A stretch of DNA of 28,606 nucleotides, from the IMG/VR virus record IMGVR_UViG_3300035208_008116, positions 73,539 through 102,144 of that record. One strand, 5' to 3'. The stretch is from a virus. Lineage: Duplodnaviria > Heunggongvirae > Uroviricota > Caudoviricetes. The translations under genes and the position numbers were made by a program. A model generated the notes under the pieces. The model was not told where the DNA came from, ran no database searches, and worked only from the letters and a program-made list of their open reading frames with translations. Below are positions 14,869 through 24,131 of the stretch, one piece after another; position 1 is the first letter of the stretch; every line of letters starts with the position of its first letter.

Positions 14869-17800
14869 TGAATGACCTTAATGTAAATGTAAGAGAGACC
14901 CTTTCTTTGGCGGATGTCATTTTCTATCTTCCACCTCCTTCAATTGTTGGACAAAATTATTATGTTGATGCGACAGGAGGATTAGATAGCAATACTGGAA
15001 CAGACTCTGGCCATCCATGGAAGACAATCTCTAAGGTAAATGGGCAGATGGCCAATTTTCACCCTGGAGATCAAATTCTTTTTAAGAAAGGGGAAAGTTG
15101 GACAGAACAATTGGTTGTAAGTGCTTCCGGTTCTTCTTCAGGGGCAATTATTTTTTCTTCATATGGTTCGGGGAGTAAACCCCTTATTGATCTTGCCGAT
15201 AGCCTTGCCTTTGGGATCTACACAAATGGTACTTCTTATCTTGTTTTTAGAGATATTGAGATAGCTAATGCGAAAGATGATTCCAGCGCGAGTGTGGGGG
15301 TGGCCCTCCTTGATACGAATAATGTAACACTTTATGAATTAACTATCACTGACATAAAGGGTGTTGGGGGTGTATTCATAATGATTAATACAGCAGGGAG
15401 GGGGATTAACAATCTTGTTAAAAGTTCAACAATCACGGGGACATCTAGTACAACCTATAGTCTTGCTCAAGGGAATAAGGGGGTGGGTCTCTACGTGTTA
15501 TCTGGAGATGTATCCTATGGAAGTGGAAATATTTTTGAAGATAATACAATCACGGGGAATGGGAGTCATGGCATTGGATTGTTCTCTCCAAATACTAAAA
15601 TTTTAAATAATATCGTTAGTCAAAATGGGGAAGCGGGGATTGGTGGATCGGGCTTAGAGGTTCATGACACATTGATTCAGTACAACTTCTTAGAAGAAAA
15701 CTGCCAAACTCTAGATGACTGTTTTGGGATTAACCTCTTCCGAGTGGGTGTGAATAATATTGTTGATCGAAACACAACAAGGGCACAGCACGATACAATC
15801 AATGACCCTAGCGTCCCAATTAATCCTGGATCTGCCGGGAAGCTAGGAACAGGAGGAATCCGATTTGATGGAGGGGATATTGGTTTAGGCCCGGGGCTTG
15901 ATTATATTGATTCTTTAGGGAATGTTATCACCAATAACACTATCAGTGATGAATATGACGCTATTCAAGTTTGGAATTTTGATTATATTGGGATAACTGG
16001 AAATACGATCAGTGGAAGTACAAGAGCGGGTCTTTATGCTGGGGCTAACAATACAGCAGGGGAAGGAGGTGCAACTAAAGTTATTTCAGTCATTTTTACT
16101 GGAAATTTTGTGACAGGCACAGGAGTCGTTATTTATCTTGATACCGCCATTGTCACCCAAGATTTAGTTCCAACGGTTTTTACAAATAATCAGCTTGCCG
16201 CAACATTTGTTAAGGTCTCAGGGCTGGATGATGGGGGATCACTAGACCCTTCTTCTCCCTCCGTTTCTCAGTCCTTTACCGTTTACGGAGTTGATCAAGG
16301 AGGATATCTTTCCTATGTAGGAGTGGTAATAAATAGACAAACAACTCCTGGGGCGGGGACGATTGTCGCGAAACTTTATTCTCATAGTGGAACTTATAGC
16401 ACATCAAGTGCTCCTGGAACTCTTCTTGCAACTTCTTTATCTAAAAATATTTCTGACATCTCTGCAATTGCTCAATTTGTTTATTTTGATTTTTCTCCCT
16501 CTGCCTATTGGGTGGAGCCAGGCCGATACGTCTTAACTGTCGAAACTTCGGGGGCTGATTCTAATGGTCTTGCTATTTGGTGGAGCAATAATGGGGCAAA
16601 CTATGGAAAGACGTCGCCAACAGTCGAAACTGGTCATACTGGGAATGGGGGGGTCTATTATACAGGTACAGGCTGGGTTCCTCTTTGGTGGATGGATTTA
16701 AATTTTGCGGTATACCTGAGTGGATGGGGAGAAAATCTTATCACTGGGGAGGATGTTTCTGTCGTTTTTCAACATAATATCAATGTTTTTGATTCTACCC
16801 TTCACTACCAAAATCTAGGGACAATAGATAATGCTAGTTATAGTGAGTCTCATCATGTGGGGAATCTTTCCCTCGGAGGGGGAGGGGCTCCTATTATGCC
16901 TACTTTTGGAGAGACTTTTACCACAACAAATTGGGGGATATTAAATAAAGTCCAATTTTATTTAAGGAAACTAGGAGCTCCTACTGGGACAGCCGTCGCG
17001 ACTATCTATGATATCCATGGGACGTATGGGGTTGACGCTACTCCTCTGGGGCAACCTCTTGCCACGTCAGAGACTTTTGATGTCTCAACCTTGACCACAA
17101 CAAACCAACTGAAAGATTTTATTTTTAGTGATGAGGAAAAGATTGAATTACTTCCTGATCACCACTACGCTGTTGCGATTACCTACTTAGGGGGAAATAC
17201 TTCAAATTATTTAGGATTTAGTGTTGATAATTCAACTCTTGCTTATCCAGGGAATTTTTTCTGGAGGGAATATGAGGGGGGAGGATGGACCGCCTACACG
17301 GGTTATGACGCCTCTTTCCATGTTTGGACAGAAACAAATAATGTGGCAGAAGAGATAACCCTTATCCGGGATCTTGGAATAAATGTTTTTGAGTCAAGGG
17401 CGATCACAGAAAATGTTGAAAAGGAGCTTTCCTCCTTGACTCTCTCGCTTTCGGTTGTCGATGCGAATGTTTTAGCAGATGTTCCTGAAGTTAGCCGAAT
17501 CCATTTACTTTCCCCTGGGGATGATATTTCGATCTCTGATATCCCTGAAGTAAAAATAGAATGGATTATTTCTGTTTCTGATTCTCTTTCAATCTCTGAA
17601 TACCCCACGCCTACAGATTACCGAGTTCTCCCTCTCGTCTCAGATTCTATTTCCATCACTGAAGGTGTATCAGTTCAAACAGGGGCGACATTAGGTATTG
17701 ACCAAAATGACACTCTTTCGGTTGTCGATACCCCCACCCTCAGCCGCTGGCATGTAATTTCAACATCAGAGGATATAACTATTGTGGATAGCCCAACAGT

Positions 17801-20444
17801 AAGGAGAGATCCTTCTTTTTCCGTGAGTGATTCTCTTTCTCTTGGGGAAGACAGTATCGCAATGATTGTCGATAATGCTCTTTTAATAAATGTTTGGGAC
17901 ACCCCCGCCCTCTCAGACTCTCCTTTGTTAGAAAAAACCTCCATTATTTCAGTGTCTGATAGCCTTAATCTTTCGGAGGCGATTTCTAGGACGCTGGTTT
18001 TTAATGTTTCTGTTAATGATTCTCTCTTAATTGGAGAAACGGCGGGAGGAGCAGAATCTTTTAATATCTTAGTTAATGACTCCTTAGGTTTAACAGATTT
18101 CCCTGAATCAGCATTATCGGCTCTTACTATTTCTACTACTGAGGATCTTTCAATCTCTGAAGGGCTTGTCACTCCCCCCGTGAACTTATCACTCACCCCC
18201 ATCGATTCTCTTAGTGCAGATGAGTCAGTAACCCTTGCTTTTGACAGTTTCGCTTCTCAGGTTGAAACTCTTACCTTAAATGACTCAGCGATAGTTTCAA
18301 TAGAAGACCTTCTTATTATTGTTTGGGAAGCCCCCCAACTGGTAGAAGTTCCCAACACGCAATTTGATCAACCAGGACTAATTCCGGGAGAAGATATTGA
18401 AATTTCCGAAATCGTTAGTATTCTCTCTGGAGATATTAATGTTATTACGTCAGAATCTCAGACAATTACTGAAGATGTTTTTCTCCGTCAGGATTTAACC
18501 CCCGTAGATGCTATTTCCATTACCGAAATCGTAATGATTCAAAATGATCGGGAAGTAGAGGCTATAGAGCTCCTTGACAGTGGAACCTTTGAATATTTTT
18601 CTGTCGATCTCGGTGATCTTAGTATCGGTGTTAATGAGACTCAAGAAATAAGTGAATCTTTGGATATCTCTTGTGTTGAGTACCCGAACATTAATGTTAA
18701 CGACTTTCTTGCTATCGGAGAGATAATAACGGCCCAATCCGATGATCTTAATATCTCAAAAACTGAAAATTTATCTATTTCCGAAGGTTTCCTTTACCAA
18801 GCGGGGGAGTTAGAAATTAACCTAAATGAAAATGTTTCTGTTTCAGATTCCCTCACGAATATTTCTCTTAATCTTAATATTGAGATTGTCGAATTCTCTC
18901 CCCTTCTTCTTGATGGTTATTCCGAAACATATTATTCCACGCCATCGACATTTTATTCTACCATCCACGAGTACGGACAGGCTTTTAAGGCGAATCAAAC
19001 GGCAAAAATTAATTCAGTTAAATTTTATCTTTCTGCTCACGGGACAATTTTAGGGACGGCAGTTGCTAAACTATATTTAGCTACGGGTACTCCCGGGATT
19101 GACGCCAAAGGGTCTGGATCCCCTCTCGCAACTTCTGATCCTTTTGATGTCACTTCGATAGGTGTCGACACCTATGGGTTATATTCCTTTAATTTTTCTG
19201 GGGTAAATAAATATCAAATACAGGCAGGAGTAAGTTATGCTATTGTCCTTTACTATGATGTGACTTTAGATCCCTTTGTTGATTATCTTAGTATTGGTTT
19301 CGATACTTATGCGACAGTTCATGGAGGGAATAAAACATGGAGGCAGACGGGGGGTTATTGGAATTTTAACGCAGGTGATGACTTAATCTTTTATCTTTAC
19401 GGAGATAATGACTCGATGGTCGTTCCCATCACGGAAGATGTCTCTCTTCAACTTTCTCGTGACATCCCTCCCCCTGGGGTTATTGACCTCATCCCCATTT
19501 TAGATGTTCCAACATTGTCTATTTCAAACTTGGAGATCAGTGTCACCGATGAGTTGGAGATAAGTGAGGACCTCACGCTTCTTTTTGGGTCTATTCTTTT
19601 TCCAGGAGATGATATTTTGATTTCCGAGAATCTCTTGTTTGAGATGGTTAGCTTCATTGAAGAGGTTGATTCTATTTCGAACAGTGAATCATTAAATGTT
19701 TTCATCCTTGACATCAGCCTTACCACCTCCCCCAGTGACCCCTTGGAAATCTCTGAGTTGGCTACTGTTCAATCTGAGGACTTGTCACTTCTTGTTGCTG
19801 ACGAGCTTTCTATTTCGGAGATTTCGGAAGGAGAAGAAATTTTACTAAAGATTGATACCTCTGATGCGGTGGGGATTTCGGATGAGGCTGCCTTGGCAAT
19901 TTGGTGGGTCTCTTCAATTGGGGAGACCTTGTCTATCTCTGAATCTGTTATTGTTACTCTCTCTGATTTAAATATTCTAGTTAGCGATTCTCTCGAGATT
20001 GGAGAGCAGGTTGTTTCTTTTCCTGCTGTCGGAGGAATTAACCCTGGGGATGATATTTCTATTAAGGAGGATATTTCTTTTTGGGTAGAAGAGCCTAGCA
20101 TTAACTTTTTAGTATCAGACACACTCACCATTACAGAAGATGCTGAATTTTCCAGCGGGGCAGAGTCTCAATCAGGAGATAGCCTTAATATCTCAGACGT
20201 TCCCATTGTATCCATTGAAGATATTCCTATTAGTGTTAATGATATAGTGCTTTTGACAGAAAGTTCTACCCCGACATGGTCCGCACTCTTGGTGCTTCTG
20301 AAGCACTTACCGTCTCTGATGTGGCTACAGTCGGATCCGTCCTTCAGGATAATTCAATTATTGTTTGCCTTAATCAGGAGGGGACGGCCCATCCTGGAAA
20401 TTATTCTATCTTTAGTACCATTTGGAATTATGTTAGTCACCTAG
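14868..20444 (+). CDS. Giant fibre/adhesin-like protein, part 1 (1,858 aa): right-handed beta-helix, three ~150-aa modules and about 40 acidic repeats
   Basis: ATG overlaps the upstream stop (TAATG). NYYVDATGGLDSNTG...PWKTI...PGDQILFKKG...IFSSYGSG..P marks a pectate-lyase-like beta-helix start. The last ~56 aa are out-of-register sequence after ~20272. Confidence 0.8.
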   Translation: MNDLNVNVRETLSLADVIFYLPPPSIVGQNYYVDATGGLDSNTGTDSGHPWKTISKVNGQMANFHPGDQILFKKGESWTEQLVVSASGSSSGAIIFSSYGSGSKPLIDLADSLAFGIYTNGTSYLVFRDIEIANAKDDSSASVGVALLDTNNVTLYELTITDIKGVGGVFIMINTAGRGINNLVKSSTITGTSSTTYSLAQGNKGVGLYVLSGDVSYGSGNIFEDNTITGNGSHGIGLFSPNTKILNNIVSQNGEAGIGGSGLEVHDTLIQYNFLEENCQTLDDCFGINLFRVGVNNIVDRNTTRAQHDTINDPSVPINPGSAGKLGTGGIRFDGGDIGLGPGLDYIDSLGNVITNNTISDEYDAIQVWNFDYIGITGNTISGSTRAGLYAGANNTAGEGGATKVISVIFTGNFVTGTGVVIYLDTAIVTQDLVPTVFTNNQLAATFVKVSGLDDGGSLDPSSPSVSQSFTVYGVDQGGYLSYVGVVINRQTTPGAGTIVAKLYSHSGTYSTSSAPGTLLATSLSKNISDISAIAQFVYFDFSPSAYWVEPGRYVLTVETSGADSNGLAIWWSNNGANYGKTSPTVETGHTGNGGVYYTGTGWVPLWWMDLNFAVYLSGWGENLITGEDVSVVFQHNINVFDSTLHYQNLGTIDNASYSESHHVGNLSLGGGGAPIMPTFGETFTTTNWGILNKVQFYLRKLGAPTGTAVATIYDIHGTYGVDATPLGQPLATSETFDVSTLTTTNQLKDFIFSDEEKIELLPDHHYAVAITYLGGNTSNYLGFSVDNSTLAYPGNFFWREYEGGGWTAYTGYDASFHVWTETNNVAEEITLIRDLGINVFESRAITENVEKELSSLTLSLSVVDANVLADVPEVSRIHLLSPGDDISISDIPEVKIEWIISVSDSLSISEYPTPTDYRVLPLVSDSISITEGVSVQTGATLGIDQNDTLSVVDTPTLSRWHVISTSEDITIVDSPTVRRDPSFSVSDSLSLGEDSIAMIVDNALLINVWDTPALSDSPLLEKTSIISVSDSLNLSEAISRTLVFNVSVNDSLLIGETAGGAESFNILVNDSLGLTDFPESALSALTISTTEDLSISEGLVTPPVNLSLTPIDSLSADESVTLAFDSFASQVETLTLNDSAIVSIEDLLIIVWEAPQLVEVPNTQFDQPGLIPGEDIEISEIVSILSGDINVITSESQTITEDVFLRQDLTPVDAISITEIVMIQNDREVEAIELLDSGTFEYFSVDLGDLSIGVNETQEISESLDISCVEYPNINVNDFLAIGEIITAQSDDLNISKTENLSISEGFLYQAGELEINLNENVSVSDSLTNISLNLNIEIVEFSPLLLDGYSETYYSTPSTFYSTIHEYGQAFKANQTAKINSVKFYLSAHGTILGTAVAKLYLATGTPGIDAKGSGSPLATSDPFDVTSIGVDTYGLYSFNFSGVNKYQIQAGVSYAIVLYYDVTLDPFVDYLSIGFDTYATVHGGNKTWRQTGGYWNFNAGDDLIFYLYGDNDSMVVPITEDVSLQLSRDIPPPGVIDLIPILDVPTLSISNLEISVTDELEISEDLTLLFGSILFPGDDILISENLLFEMVSFIEEVDSISNSESLNVFILDISLTTSPSDPLEISELATVQSEDLSLLVADELSISEISEGEEILLKIDTSDAVGISDEAALAIWWVSSIGETLSISESVIVTLSDLNILVSDSLEIGEQVVSFPAVGGINPGDDISIKEDISFWVEEPSINFLVSDTLTITEDAEFSSGAESQSGDSLNISDVPIVSIEDIPISVNDIVLLTESSTPTWSALLVLLKHLPSLMWLQSDPSFRIIQLLFALIRRGRPILEIILSLVPFGIMLVT

Positions 20445-22600
20445 ATGTTATTTTTAAAGTTTTAAAGAATGGAGGAAATTCTGTTTCAATCTCTGAGTAC
20501 GTCTTGGTTGAATTTCCAAGAGACCCCCTCACAGGCGAAGATCTTACTATTTCGGAAGACGTTCAGTTAGAAGTATTTATTAATCTTGAGGCTTCTGAAG
20601 ATATTTTAATTGAAGATTTTGTCGAGGTCGTCCTTTCAGATATTGAAATGTCTGAAGCGATAACGATTTCTGAGGATGTCACTGTCTCTTTGGAGGACAT
20701 GGTAATTGAGGTCAGTGAACCCATTTCAATTGAAGATTCTTTAGATATCGAAATTCTTATAGACTTCTTTTCTGACGACTCCCTGACTATCGAGGAGGAT
20801 ATTACTATTAATATCGAAGATCTTACCATCTCTACTGATGAGGAAATCTCTTCTAATGAAGTCCTCGAATTAACTCTCGATGATCTCATTATTGAAGTAA
20901 CTGAAGATATTCTTAGCGAAGAAGACTTAACTTTTGAAGGGCCAAGCATTGATATCGATGTTTCCGATGGTGTGGAGATTACCGAAGCTCAAAGTTGGGA
21001 CAATAATCTCGCAATTGCTCTTGATGGGGATATTCATACCAGTGAAGAATATCTTGGGGTCGGAACGATTGTTTATCAAACTCTTAATGGTATAGTTATT
21101 TCTGAAAGAGCTCAATCTTTTATCTCCAGAGGAAACATTCTTGACTCAGTTAAATTCCAGGTAGCCACCGTAGGATCTCCAACGGGGGTCACTTATGCAA
21201 AAATTTATGTTCATAGTGGAACTTATGGAACGACAAGTGTGCCCTCAGGCGAAGCCCTTGCGACGTCTGAAGCTGTTGATGTTTCCACTATCTCTACCAC
21301 CCCAAGTCTTGTCACATTCTCTTTTTCTGGTGACCAAAGAATCCCGTTATCTTCCCAATATTATTGTGTAGCCATTTATTATCTGGATGGAGACGCTGGA
21401 AATTATTTGTCCATTGGTTATACCGATGATCAATATAGTGGGAACGAGAGTTACTATCTTACGGGGGCGGATTACTGGCAGTTCGAATCTGACCGTGATC
21501 TAATTTTTTCTATTTCGACAGAAAATTATAGTGAACCTCTTGTTATTGAGGATGATGTGACGGTAGCTACAGAGGACTTGGCAGTGGATGTCTCTGATAT
21601 TTTAACGATTACGGACTTTGTTGGGGATATGTATCAGGGGGATCTCTGGGTTATTGGGGTCAGTGATTTATTGACAATAGAAGAAGATCTTACGGTGACG
21701 ATGGATGATATTGCGGTTATTCTTGAAGAAGATCTTGTGAATGAGGAATTCCTGACGGAAGAAGACGTCACCATAAGCCTCGGGATAGATTTAGAAGCCT
21801 CAGAAGATATTGTTGTCACAGAGGATGTATCTTCCTCTCCACTTAATGAAATTGATATTTCTGACAATCTGTCACTGGAGGAAGAGGTTACAACGATCAC
21901 TGAAAATTTAGAGGTAGGTGCGTGGGAAGATATTTCCCTCTCTGAGTTAGCCAGTGCTTTTAATGGGTTTGAACTTTCTACCTCTGAAACCGTTGAAGTT
22001 CTAGAGAATGTAACTTTTGAAACTTCTCTTAATTTAGAAGCTTCAGAGGATATAGAAGATATTACGGACTTCCCTGAAGTAGAAACTGGAATTTTATCCA
22101 TTTTTATATCAGATGATCTTTCTCCTGAAGAAACTCTTGATTTCTCCCAAACAGAGGACCTCTGGCCTTCTCTTTTGGAAGGAATCTTTCTTTCAGAGAC
22201 TGTCTTTCTTCTTTGCGAGGATCTCGTTATCGAAGTATCTGATGATATTATTATCATTGACGAGGTTGATTCATTCTTCATTCTCGCGAACCGTGAAGTT
22301 GCTGTTACTGACGATATCTCCCCCTTAGATATCCCTTTCCTTAATCTTGATATTCTCTTAATTTCTGTCGTGGAAGATATCGGGACAGAAGAGGATGTTA
22401 CCATCTTCCATGAAGAATTCCCTCCAGTTTGGGATGGTATCTCAATAACCGAGGAAATAATCCTTGAAAATGCTCTCTCAGACATTGATGGGACTTATGA
22501 TATACTGACTATAGAGGATTCTGTTGAAGTCGTCCTTGTTAGCTTAATATCTGTTGATGATTCCTTAACGATCTCGGGGTCCGTGGTTATTGATTCTGTC
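17340..22600 (+). repeat. About 65-70 degenerate 20-22 aa acidic repeats in three blocks (~17340-18895, ~19410-21020, ~21530-22600)
   Basis: Consensus roughly [S/N/G/T][D/E]x[L/I]x[I/L/V]x[E/D]x[V/P]...[L/I]x[I/V]x[V], e.g. SDSLSISEYPTPTDYRVLPLV, SDSLNLSEAISRTLVFNVSV, GEDLTISEDVQLEVFINLEA; counted by hand. Confidence 0.9.
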
Positions 22601-22975
22601 CGATATTCACCCGGTGGATTTACAAGGGGGGAGACAGATGTTCAAAAACAGAGGGGAGAGATAGAGGTAAAAGACTACCGTCATTTAGTTCAAGTCGAAT
22701 CACCTCGAGGAGAGATAGAAAAACCGTCCCCGGCAGGAAAAATCAGTAATATTGAAGGAAGTCTTAAGGCAACCAAAAAAAATATGTACCAGAGAGGAAA
22801 AATAGGGATACCGATGCCTGGGACAACCACTTACTTCCCGGATATTCTCCCTATCCAAATAAGAGAACTACAAGCATCGACTGAAGTTATCACTCTTTTT
22901 TCTGACTTAATCGGTATCGGTTTAATTCCAGAGGCTACATCAATAGTGGAAAATATTTCAATTAATATTAGTTAA
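20276..22975 (+). CDS. Giant fibre/adhesin-like protein, part 2 (899 aa): about 27 acidic repeats, one ~150-aa module and a basic C-terminal segment; probably the -1 frame continuation of part 1
   Basis: Frame is open from 20243; the repeat register continues across the junction; the ATG context lacks the A/T-rich leader of other genes. Confidence 0.75.
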   Translation: MVRTLGASEALTVSDVATVGSVLQDNSIIVCLNQEGTAHPGNYSIFSTIWNYVSHLDVIFKVLKNGGNSVSISEYVLVEFPRDPLTGEDLTISEDVQLEVFINLEASEDILIEDFVEVVLSDIEMSEAITISEDVTVSLEDMVIEVSEPISIEDSLDIEILIDFFSDDSLTIEEDITINIEDLTISTDEEISSNEVLELTLDDLIIEVTEDILSEEDLTFEGPSIDIDVSDGVEITEAQSWDNNLAIALDGDIHTSEEYLGVGTIVYQTLNGIVISERAQSFISRGNILDSVKFQVATVGSPTGVTYAKIYVHSGTYGTTSVPSGEALATSEAVDVSTISTTPSLVTFSFSGDQRIPLSSQYYCVAIYYLDGDAGNYLSIGYTDDQYSGNESYYLTGADYWQFESDRDLIFSISTENYSEPLVIEDDVTVATEDLAVDVSDILTITDFVGDMYQGDLWVIGVSDLLTIEEDLTVTMDDIAVILEEDLVNEEFLTEEDVTISLGIDLEASEDIVVTEDVSSSPLNEIDISDNLSLEEEVTTITENLEVGAWEDISLSELASAFNGFELSTSETVEVLENVTFETSLNLEASEDIEDITDFPEVETGILSIFISDDLSPEETLDFSQTEDLWPSLLEGIFLSETVFLLCEDLVIEVSDDIIIIDEVDSFFILANREVAVTDDISPLDIPFLNLDILLISVVEDIGTEEDVTIFHEEFPPVWDGISITEEIILENALSDIDGTYDILTIEDSVEVVLVSLISVDDSLTISGSVVIDSVRYSPGGFTRGETDVQKQRGEIEVKDYRHLVQVESPRGEIEKPSPAGKISNIEGSLKATKKNMYQRGKIGIPMPGTTTYFPDILPIQIRELQASTEVITLFSDLIGIGLIPEATSIVENISINIS

Positions 22976-22986
22976 TAATATCAAAC

Positions 22987-24129
22987 ATGATCATTCTAAA
23001 AGCTGATAATCGTACCCTCCTCCAAGACGCCAAATATTCTTACCTCTTGACAAATTACGCCTCAGGGGTGAGCACTCTTTCAGTGGTGAATACTGACGGA
23101 ATGATCGCTGGAGGGTATGTTTTAGTGGGAAATATAGGGTCAGAAAGTACCGAGATATTTAAGTTGAGTTCCGTTGATGATGATACTGGAGCCTTAACTT
23201 TTGAAGATGAAGAGGGTGTCGCCGTAACCACAAAGTATTCACATGCGGAAAGTACAAGGGTCACTGCCATCGCTTATAATAAAGTTCGCTTCTATTATGG
23301 GACCACTTCTACGTACTCAACAGCCACGGCCCTTACGGGGTACCTAGATATCCAGCCAACTCAATGGTTCTCAACCTATAACGACGAAGCCCACTCGACT
23401 GGGTATGGGTGGTTTATCTTTTATAATACAACTGCCTTACTCGCTTCTCAGCCCTCGAACCCCATTCCTTATGCGGGCTTTGGGGCTAATACTGTGGGTA
23501 CCCTGATGGATGGATTCTTCAGTATGTTAAATCAGAAGGAGCTGAAGTTGATTTCTCTAGAAGATGCTTTTTCGTGGCTTAATGAGGGACTTTCTTTTAT
23601 CTTAAATTCTCTCAATCTTGTAAATTCTGAATATACGGTTACATCTGCCCAGACCTTAAATGTTACTGCCGGAACTCAAGAATACGCTCTCCCTGCAGAT
23701 TTCTCAGACATGGTAGTTGTCTGGGACTCTGAGTCCTTGCATACCATCCCCTTTATCCCGATTAAGGATGTCCCTAGCTATTCACTCTCCTTCCAAGGTT
23801 ATTATTACCAGAATGTCCAAGCTTACTACATTCGGGGAGCTTATATTGGGTTGGCTCCAACTCCAACCGAAGATTTTACTTATTATTATCAGTATAAGGC
23901 AAAGACTTCTTCTCTTGTCAGTTATGACCAAACGATTGATCTACCTGACAATGGCTTCTTTATTCTTAAAGATTTCATGCTTTATCGGGCTTGCCAAAAA
24001 TTAACAAAACCTGACGCTGCCTCTTATTATAAGATTTTTAATGATGGGGTTAATACTCTCAAGGTCACGGCGGTTAAGCGAGATGCCAATCTTGATACTT
24101 GGGGGCAAGATCCTCACACGATGATTTAA
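22987..24129 (+). CDS. Head-tail adaptor/connector protein with extra N-terminal domains, 380 aa
   Basis: C-terminal LNVTAGTQEYALPADF...YYIRGAYIGLAPTP...YYYQY...IDLPD...ILKDFML pattern typical of podophage adaptors (DUF6682-like). Confidence 0.75.
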   Translation: MIILKADNRTLLQDAKYSYLLTNYASGVSTLSVVNTDGMIAGGYVLVGNIGSESTEIFKLSSVDDDTGALTFEDEEGVAVTTKYSHAESTRVTAIAYNKVRFYYGTTSTYSTATALTGYLDIQPTQWFSTYNDEAHSTGYGWFIFYNTTALLASQPSNPIPYAGFGANTVGTLMDGFFSMLNQKELKLISLEDAFSWLNEGLSFILNSLNLVNSEYTVTSAQTLNVTAGTQEYALPADFSDMVVVWDSESLHTIPFIPIKDVPSYSLSFQGYYYQNVQAYYIRGAYIGLAPTPTEDFTYYYQYKAKTSSLVSYDQTIDLPDNGFFILKDFMLYRACQKLTKPDAASYYKIFNDGVNTLKVTAVKRDANLDTWGQDPHTMI

Positions 24130-24131
24130 TA

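Noticed and set aside
20245-20280. Canonical programmed -1 slippery site
   Set aside because: No X XXY YYZ heptamer in the correct frame (G CTT TTG, A GAA AGT and T ACC CCG all fail).
20277-20444. Hydrophobic C-terminal tail of the 14868 ORF as a membrane anchor
   Set aside because: It is the out-of-frame reading after the -1 break; the repeat register continues in the other frame.
17303-22485. Long minus-strand ORFs (e.g. 17675-18202, 19769-20131, 20563-20949, 21634-22485)
   Set aside because: Antisense shadows of the repeat genes; their S/I/E-rich periodic translation mirrors the plus-strand codons and there are no start signals.
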